Position numbers and translations under genes: made by a program. The notes under the pieces are model-generated. The model was not told the DNA's origin. It worked only from the letters and a program-made list of their open reading frames with translations, and did not search any database. Below are positions 9,418 to 18,000 of a stretch of DNA of 64,000 nucleotides, piece by piece. The DNA lies in NCBI GenBank assembly GCA_963666285.1, contig OY762711.1; one strand, written 5' to 3'. The stretch comes from Sedimentisphaerales bacterium. Lineage in GTDB: Bacteria; Planctomycetota; Phycisphaerae; Sedimentisphaerales; SM23-30. How positions within the stretch are numbered: the stretch's first letter is position 1; the number at the start of each line of letters is the position of its first letter.

Positions 9418-10619
9418 AGCGACGAGCTACGCTAAATGAAAATGAATAATGAAAAATGAAAAGTTGAGGTGTCCGCTTCGCGGACGGCTTGTTTTAAACG
9501 GCTACGCCGAACGACGGAAGGTCGTTAGAGATTAGAGCAGGTGAGCAGAAGAACAGGCAATCAGCAGCGAGCCAACAGCGGCCAGCGAGCAGCCAAGCTG
9601 CTAGAGATTAGAGCAGATGACAGTGGAACAGGAGGAAGATAAATACGTGCTACGCACTCTGGCACATCATTGGACAAGTCCAATGATGTGAAGGTGTCGC
9701 TACGCAACCTGTTTGAATAATGTGCCGAGCTCCGCCTGAGGCGGATTTCAATCAGCTCAGCGTTCCCAGGAGTGAAGGTGTCGCTACGCGACCTGTTTTA
9801 AACGGGTTCGGCGAAAAGCAGAACCATCAATGAACGCGGATGAACACTGATAAGATGTTGCTAACGCGACGGATGTTTCATGCTCAGTGTTACCAGAGGT
9901 GAAGGAGGGGTTAAAAAACGGAATGAAATTGAAGAGTGCGGGGATATAAGAACGAATGCATGGCGGGTTCAGGGAAGAGTTGCGGCGGGGAGGGGATTTT
10001 GCGGATATTTACGTAAGTTGTTATTTTTGGATTGTGGGCGGACCAGATGCCGCGAAGCGGCATCTGAAGTCTGAAGTTTGAAGTCTGAATTCTGAAAAGA
10101 TGGTGTTCGCCTAGCGGCTCACAACTTATTTTAAAGCTGTTGCATATTTAAATTCAGAATTATGAAAAAGATTGGCAACCACGAAAATTCACGAAAGAAC
10201 ACGAAAAAAAATACTGTTGCTCGCAGAGGACGCAAAGATCGCAAAGAATATTACCTGGCCATGAAGGGAATGCGTTAAATTTAAAATTAAAAATTAAGAA
10301 TTGAGAATTAAAAAGAACTGAAAAATACAAGGCTGCGATAAGTACCAATAATTATAAGATGGCTTGCTTCAGCCTTCGTTAAAGCTATGGTTCGACAAGA
10401 CCGGACGTGATTAATAATTCTGAACCACTGATGCACGCGGATGGACACCGATAAGAAAATGTTTAGATAACTTGACGGTAAATTTTACAACCACGAAAAT
10501 ACAATGAAAGCCAGAATATTCCTGTAGCATGGCTTGTGTTATAATACACAATAATTTTAGCACGAGCTGTCACAGGGACGCTCAAATATTTAACCAATTT
10601 TATACGGAGTATTCTGGCT

Positions 10620-11666
10620 ATGAAGACTATTATGTCAATTGATTTAGGAAAATTCAAGAGTGTAGTTTGTTTTTATGAGGTAAAAAGCTGTAAGGCTATA
10701 TATAAGTCGTTTAAGACTAACCCTCAAGAGCTTCATGACCTGGCAGTATCTCACCCTGCTGATCTTATTGTATTTGAGGCTTGTGATATCATAGGCTGGA
10801 TTTGTGACCTTTTTGACACCCTGGAATTAAAATATGAAGTGGCAAATACTAATACCGGCGAATGGTCTGGCAGAAAATTGAAGAAGAAAACAGATAAAAA
10901 GGATGCATTTTGGCTGGCCAAGCGTGCTGCTTTAGGAGATTTATCAACTGTCTATGTTCCTAAAAAGGAAATTCGAGAGAAACGATCTTTAATTAATTAT
11001 CGCCAGAGCCTTACAGAACGGATAACTCAGGTAAAAAATACTATTCGTTCTTTATTAAATGCCCAGGCGTATTCGTTGCCGTCAGGCAGAAAGTGCTGGT
11101 CTAAGCAGAATCTGGAACAGTTAAGAAGTATGGCTATGCCAATGGATAAAGTTAAACCAGATGAGCTCTGGAAAGGCAATCTATGGAGCGAGCTTATATT
11201 ACTGGAACAATTAACAGACGCTTTGCAAGTAGTTGAAGATAAACTGGAAGAGTTAAATAGTACTGATGAAAAGGTAAAACTATTACAGACTGTTCCCGGA
11301 GTTGGCCCACGTCTGGCAGAGGCAGTTGCAGCTTATATTGATGATCCACATAGATTTAAGAATTGCAAACAAGTTGGCAGCTATATTGGTATGACACCGC
11401 GTCAGTACCAATCAGGTAATACAGACCGTCATGGGCGGATAAGTAAATATGGCAATAGGTTATTGCGAGCATTACTTGTTGAGGTTTGCTGGCTGGGTTT
11501 GCGTTGGAATCCATGGATAAAAGAAACATACGAAAGAATAAAGAGGGGAAGTAAAACTCGTGCAAAAATAGCGATAGTAGCTACAGCCCGACGGTTGTTC
11601 GTACGATTGTGGGCGATGATGCGAGATGGGACAAGTTGGCAGATGCCTGAATTGCAAAGTGTTTGA
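10620..11666 (+). CDS. IS110 family transposase/recombinase
   Basis: DEDD motifs IDLGK, VFEAC, KTDKKDA; C-terminal TVPGVG, YQSG, GRISKYGN. Confidence 0.95.
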   Translation: MKTIMSIDLGKFKSVVCFYEVKSCKAIYKSFKTNPQELHDLAVSHPADLIVFEACDIIGWICDLFDTLELKYEVANTNTGEWSGRKLKKKTDKKDAFWLAKRAALGDLSTVYVPKKEIREKRSLINYRQSLTERITQVKNTIRSLLNAQAYSLPSGRKCWSKQNLEQLRSMAMPMDKVKPDELWKGNLWSELILLEQLTDALQVVEDKLEELNSTDEKVKLLQTVPGVGPRLAEAVAAYIDDPHRFKNCKQVGSYIGMTPRQYQSGNTDRHGRISKYGNRLLRALLVEVCWLGLRWNPWIKETYERIKRGSKTRAKIAIVATARRLFVRLWAMMRDGTSWQMPELQSV

Positions 11667-11714
11667 TACCAATATAAGTAAAATATAAATATTACCTATG
11701 ATTTTGCCCGATTG

Positions 11715-11845
11715 AAATCGATACGGAACCTTGGTCGTGCATTTGGGTTTTGAACCTGACACGAAAATTAAGCCGTATCGCAATATATATAATGGAACCA
11801 TGGCGTAAAATACAGCCTCGGACACTCCGGATAGAAAGATGAAAC
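11715..11845 (+). ncRNA. Putative bridge RNA/seekRNA of IS copy 1 (approximate core)
   Basis: Stem CGATACGG/CCGTATCG (11719-11726/11773-11780) encloses TCGTGCATTT and CACGAAAATT, which match the two strands of the target; a second loop carries ATAGAAA matching the donor end. Confidence 0.75.
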
Positions 11846-12663
11846 AATCAGGTAAATAATGATTCGCTACGCGAAAATTGTTTTAAATAGGTTTATCGCA
11901 TAAGGTCAAAAAGCAAAAAACGAGGCGGTGTAAAACCGCCCCGGCTTCTTGACAACTTGCAACGCTCGGGTTGCTCCTCAGCAGAGCCCTATCCTTTGCA
12001 AGATAAAGGAATTATAGCAAAAATGAATAAAATTAGAAAATTAATGTTGCATTCTGGCTTCATAGAAATTCACGAAAGAACACGAAAAAAAATACTGTTG
12101 CTCGCAGAGGCCGCAAGGTTCGCAAAGTATCATTTCAAATATGGCACTGACCGACACGGGCAGGCACAGGCAAACACGGTAGGCAGCAATCAGCAATCAG
12201 CAATCAGCTACGAGCGGCGAGCGAACAGTGAAGAGGAAATACGTGCTGCGCACTCTGGCACATCATTGGACAAGTCCAATGATGTGAAGGTGTCGCCTGG
12301 CGGCGAGGATGATTAAAAAATAATGGGGAGGCTTGTTTATTCACCCGGTTGAAACCGGGGGCTACCAAAAATTAGCAGTCAGCGGCGAGCGATGCTAAGT
12401 GAAAAATGAATAATGAAAAGTGAAAAGTTGAGGTGTCCTGATATACGTTGACATCAGGAATAATTCGCTGTCGCTCACGACTTATTTTTAAGCTGTCGCA
12501 TATTTAAATTCAGAATTATGAAAAAGATTGTCAACCACGAAAATACAATGAAAGCCAGAATATTCCTGTAGCATGGCTTGTGTTATAATACACAATAATT
12601 TTAGCACGAGCTGTCACAGGGACGCTCAAATATTTAACCAATTTTATACGGAGTATTCTGGCT

Positions 12664-13710
12664 ATGAAGACTATTATGTCAATTGATTTAGGAAAATTCA
12701 AGAGTGTAGTTTGTTTTTATGAGGTAAAAAGCTGTAAGGCTATATATAAGTCGTTTAAGACTAACCCTCAAGAGCTTCATGACCTGGCAGTATCTCACCC
12801 TGCTGATCTTATTGTATTTGAGGCTTGTGATATCATAGGCTGGATTTGTGACCTTTTTGACACCCTGGAATTAAAATATGAAGTGGCAAATACTAATACC
12901 GGCGAATGGTCTGGCAGAAAATTGAAGAAGAAAACAGATAAAAAGGATGCATTTTGGCTGGCCAAGCGTGCTGCTTTAGGAGATTTATCAACTGTCTATG
13001 TTCCTAAAAAGGAAATTCGAGAGAAACGATCTTTAATTAATTATCGCCAGAGCCTTACAGAACGGATAACTCAGGTAAAAAATACTATTCGTTCTTTATT
13101 AAATGCCCAGGCGTATTCGTTGCCGTCAGGCAGAAAGTGCTGGTCTAAGCAGAATCTGGAACAGTTAAGAAGTATGGCTATGCCAATGGATAAAGTTAAA
13201 CCAGATGAGCTCTGGAAAGGCAATCTATGGAGCGAGCTTATATTACTGGAACAATTAACAGACGCTTTGCAAGTAGTTGAAGATAAACTGGAAGAGTTAA
13301 ATAGTACTGATGAAAAGGTAAAACTATTACAGACTGTTCCCGGAGTTGGCCCACGTCTGGCAGAGGCAGTTGCAGCTTATATTGATGATCCACATAGATT
13401 TAAGAATTGCAAACAAGTTGGCAGCTATATTGGTATGACACCGCGTCAGTACCAATCAGGTAATACAGACCGTCATGGGCGGATAAGTAAATATGGCAAT
13501 AGGTTATTGCGAGCATTACTTGTTGAGGTTTGCTGGCTGGGTTTGCGTTGGAATCCATGGATAAAAGAAACATACGAAAGAATAAAGAGGGGAAGTAAAA
13601 CTCGTGCAAAAATAGCGATAGTAGCTACAGCCCGACGGTTGTTCGTACGATTGTGGGCGATGATGCGAGATGGGACAAGTTGGCAGATGCCTGAATTGCA
13701 AAGTGTTTGA
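12664..13710 (+). CDS. IS110 family transposase/recombinase (identical protein to 10620..11666)
   Basis: Identical 348 aa translation. Confidence 0.95.
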   Translation: MKTIMSIDLGKFKSVVCFYEVKSCKAIYKSFKTNPQELHDLAVSHPADLIVFEACDIIGWICDLFDTLELKYEVANTNTGEWSGRKLKKKTDKKDAFWLAKRAALGDLSTVYVPKKEIREKRSLINYRQSLTERITQVKNTIRSLLNAQAYSLPSGRKCWSKQNLEQLRSMAMPMDKVKPDELWKGNLWSELILLEQLTDALQVVEDKLEELNSTDEKVKLLQTVPGVGPRLAEAVAAYIDDPHRFKNCKQVGSYIGMTPRQYQSGNTDRHGRISKYGNRLLRALLVEVCWLGLRWNPWIKETYERIKRGSKTRAKIAIVATARRLFVRLWAMMRDGTSWQMPELQSV

Positions 13711-13758
13711 TACCAATATAAGTAAAATATAAATATTACCTATGATTTTGCCCGATTG

Positions 13759-13889
13759 AAATCGATACGGAACCTTGGTCGTGCATTTGGGTTTTGAACC
13801 TGACACGAAAATTAAGCCGTATCGCAATATATATAATGGAACCATGGCGTAAAATACAGCCTCGGACACTCCGGATAGAAAGATGAAAC
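13759..13889 (+). ncRNA. Putative bridge RNA/seekRNA of IS copy 2
   Basis: Same sequence as 11715-11845. Confidence 0.75.
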
Positions 13890-15075
13890 AATCAGGTAAA
13901 TAATGATTCGCTACGCGAAAATTGTTTTAAATAGGTTTATCGCATAAGGTCAAAAAGCAAAAAACGAGGCGGTGTAAAACCGCCCCGGCTTCTTGACAAC
14001 TTGCAACGCTCGGGTTGCTCCTCAGCAGAGCCCTATCCTTTGCAAGATAAAGGAATTATAGCAAAAATGAATAAAATTAGAAAATTAATGTTGCATTCTG
14101 GCTTCATAGAAATTCACGAAAGAACACGAAAAAAAACTGTTGCTCGCAGAGGCCGCAAAGATCGCAAAGAATATTACTTGATCATGAAGGGAGTGGAGTT
14201 AATGAAGGAGAATAGAAGAGCGAAGCATTGCTAAGTGAAAAGTTATTAAGGTGGCCGCCTATCCTTCGACTAGCTCAGGACAGGTCGGTTCACGACTTGT
14301 TTTAAAGCTGTTGCTACGGATTGTAGAAAAAACGGATTGTGGTAAGTTGGGGAAATGGAATTTTGACTGTAACTAATGAGTGGGGTTGCGGTATAAGAGT
14401 GTGTGGTGTGAGTGAAGATGACATCAGGAATAATTTGCTTTCGCGAACTATTTTAAAGCTCCGCAAACACAGAATCTGACGCAAATAACGCACCTGTGAA
14501 TGCTTACAAGAATGAAATGAGATGGAAGCGATTGGCAGGTGGGCAGCTAAAGGCAACGGCTGTCAGCGGACAGCAAGCAGGATGGGATGTTAATTCCACA
14601 TTGTGCTGCGCACTTCGGCACTTTTCAGGCGGAGCTGAAAAGTGGAGGTATTGCCTGGCGGCGAGGCTTGTTACAAATGATGAGAATATCGGGATGGTTT
14701 AGGAGATTTTCCGGTGTGAGTTTGTGTTGAGGGGCTGGTGCGAGTGTTGGTGTTGTTGGGGTGTTGTAAGTGGTTGTATTATAGTGGTTTATGTTGTGGT
14801 GGTTTCGTGTTGGAAATGAAGGCAATGTTTTTTGAATTGCGGCGTCAATTTTGATGGTAAGTGTTTGGGGAATTGGCGTTTATTTGGTATAATACTATTG
14901 TTTTGAGATTGATTTTGTCTTTTGGCCGGGAAAGAACAGTTTTTTCTCCCGGAAGTTAAGTTTTTTAATAATTGCAGTAGAGTTAAGTCTTGTTTTGAAA
15001 AGAAGTTAGAGGATGAAAAACTGAACGGGTGAACAGTTGAGCAGAAGAAAGAAATATGAGTCTGGAGTCATAAAA

Positions 15076-18000
15076 ATGAAAAATATAATAACTTGTGTGT
15101 TAATTGTATTGTTATGGATGTCAACATTTGCATTTGGTGTGGGTGGAGTTTTGCCTGGGAGTGGGACAGTGAGTGATCCGTATTTGATAGAGGATCTGGC
15201 GGATTTTGATGTGTTTGCGGATGAGGCTAATGCCGGGACGTATTGGGCGAGCGGTGTGTATGCGAAACTGGTGTGTGATATAGATTTGAATGGTCGTGTA
15301 TATGATAGAGCTGTTATTGCATGGGATACAGATGATACAAATGGTGTTAATTTTGATGGAGCAGATTATTCAGGGATCTTTGAAGGTAATAATCACATAA
15401 TAAGTAATATTTCGCTAGAGACTTATTATTACGCAGGGCTTTTTGGTCGGTTAAATAATGGTTCAATTTTAAATCTAGGTGTCGAAAATATAAACATTAC
15501 AAGTTCCAATGGATATAGTGAATATGTTGGTGGTTTGGTCAGCTGTAGTATAAGCAGCTTAATCAATAATTGTTACACAATAGCAACAATTGAGACGGGT
15601 GGTTCTATGGTTGGCGGACTGGCAGGTTGTAATGGGTATGGCAGTACAATTGAAAAATGTTATAGCAATGCAACGGTTTCCGGATACCAATTAATTGGTG
15701 GTTTAGTCGGACTCAATAAAAGTAGTGGTACAATAAACGAAAGTTATGCTATTGGTTATATATCTGGCAGCAGGCTTGTAGGTGGTCTGGCGGGAAGGAA
15801 TTACGGTGGGTCAATATATTGGAGTAATGCATCAAGTACAGTTTCCTGTGATAATGAGATGGTTGGCGGTTTAGCAGGAGGTTCTTCTACTGGTTCCATA
15901 ATTTCTAATTGTTACTCAACGGGTACTATTACTGGAGATGCATATAAGGCCGGAGGCTTGATTGGTGATCTGGAATATGGACAATTATTGAGTTGTTATT
16001 CGCATTGTAGTGTATCAGGATCAAATTCAGTTGGAGGTCTTATTGGATCAGCAAAAGTATTAGATGTGGAATATTGCTATTCAACTGGAGTAGTGTCTGG
16101 AAGCCGATACCCTGGCGGTTTTATGGGATACTTATATTCCGGAAGCTCAGGTATAAAATCATGTTTCTGGGATGTTGACAGTTCTGGTATGACGAACGGA
16201 TTTAGCAGTTATAATATTGGAACGATTTCAGAACTGCAAGGGCTGAATACAGGTGAGATGCAAACTCGATCTACTTTTACTGATGCAGGATGGGACTTTA
16301 TTGATGAGAGCAGCAATGGTACTGATGACTTTTGGTCAATGAAATTATATCCAATATTAAGTATTAATACTGATGGATTTATTTCTATTCCTGACATAAC
16401 AAGCTTACCCCAGATTGATGCAGAAGCGTTAATAATAAGTTCAGGTTTTGTGCCAGGCAATATTAGTTATGATTATAACAGCATAATTCCTGAAGGAAAT
16501 GTAATTAGTCAATTTCCTTTAGCAGGTAAAATGAGGGTGTCAGGCGCCTACATTAATTATACTTTATCATTGGGAGTTTATCCTATTACTGGTTTGGGTA
16601 CAAAAGAATCCCCATATATTATTTCTGATTTTGAAGGTTTTAATATTTTCTGTGATCCGGAAAATGCAGTGAAATACTGGGAGGAGGGAGTTTATACTAG
16701 ATTAGACAATGATATTGACCTGGATCCAGTTTTACCTGACAGGCAGTTGTATACTATGGCACCAATATCACCAGATAGTGCTGGTTCAGGATATCAGGGA
16801 AAAGAATTCAGTGGAGTGTTTGACGGAAGTGGTAAAATAGTAAGTAACCTTACTATCGATGGATCATACTATTGTGGTATGTTTGGTAGAATAGGAACCA
16901 GCGGTTCAGTTATTAACCTCGGTTTGGAAAATGTTTCTGTTACCGGTTCATTTGATAATATTAGCGGACTTGCGGGAGAAAGTTCCGGCAATGTCAGCAA
17001 TTGCTACATTACCGGCATTGTTAGCGGGAGAGACGCTGTTGGCGGGCTTGTTGCAGAAAATAATAGAGGTAGTATTGATAATTGTTACAGCACATGCTCT
17101 GTGACAGGCGATTATGAAATTGGTGGTCTAGTTGGATCTAATTATTTTGGCAGTATTAGTAATTGTTACAGCATTGGTATTGTAGACGGGAATTTACTTG
17201 AGGGCGGACTGGTCGGAAGCGATCTTTCAGGTATCATTAGTAATTGTTATTTATATATTTATTGTGGTTTGAATAATGGACATGGTATTCCACTGGATGA
17301 TACTGGATTAGAGACAAAATCCAGTTTTTCCGGATTTGACTTTACCGGCGATAATGCTGATGGTTCTGGGGATTACTGGGCTATTGAGCCTGGTTATATG
17401 CCAAGACTTGTTTGGCAGGAATCTCCCGGTTTTAATGCGCCATATTTAATTGACAATATTACTACCAGCTTACTAGGCAGCGGTTATTCTGATGACCCTT
17501 TTATAATAGATAGTTATAGTGATCTAATGATATTTAAGAGCGACTCATCTCTGCGAATCGGCTACTACAGCTTAACAACTGATATAGATTTGTCAGGCAT
17601 AACATATACAGAAGCGTTTATACCGGATGATTTTTTCGGAATATTCCAGGGTAATGGTCATCGTATCTCCAACTTAACGATTGATAGTGATTCTAACCTG
17701 GGTTTGTTTGGTAGACTTAATGGTACAGTAGACAATCTAATCCTTGATGACATATCGATAAACGGCACAGGTTCTTATGTCGGTGGGGCAGCAGGAAACA
17801 ATTATTATGGCATTATCAGTAATTGCTATGTTACGGGCAGTATAGTTGGTTTGGGTAACTATGTTGGCGGACTGGCTGGGCGTAGTTATGGTAACATCAG
17901 CAATTGTTGCAACGAAAGTAATATTAGCGGCTCTTATCAAAGCACTGGTGGTTTAACGGGGGATAATTCTGGCAGAGTCATGAAAAGTTACAGTACCGGC

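Larger units (their letters stand above)
10501..12069 (+). mobile_element. IS110 family (IS1111-type) insertion sequence, copy 1
   Basis: Sub-terminal IRs ATGAAAGCCAGAAT (10504-10517) and ATTCTGGCTTCAT (12051-12063); AAAT core at both junctions; ends defined by comparison with the empty site at 10179-10193. Confidence 0.92.
12545..14113 (+). mobile_element. IS110 family (IS1111-type) insertion sequence, copy 2
   Basis: Same sequence as copy 1 at offset 2044, same AAAT core, different outer flanks. Confidence 0.92.
9418..14680 (+). repeat. Mosaic array A of non-coding modules (heptad microrepeats, palindromes, RAGGTG-hairpin-TTRTTTTAAA units), interrupted by two IS110 copies
   Basis: Units at about 9466, 9691, 9775, 10102, 12287, 12430, 14248, 14415, 14645; modules recur within the array and in array B. 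Confidence 0.8.

Noticed and set aside
11957..12316. ORFs 11957..12316, 14001..14234, 9880..10074, 41761..42066 and similar
   Set aside because: They cross IS ends and repeat modules, show no protein motifs, and are not conserved between repeat copies
10501..14113. Simple 2044 bp tandem duplication
   Set aside because: Identity stops just beyond the IS ends and the shared target module; the distal flanks differ
9418..14680. CRISPR array
   Set aside because: Repeats vary in length and inner sequence, spacing is irregular, spacers are themselves repeated, and there are no cas genes in the window
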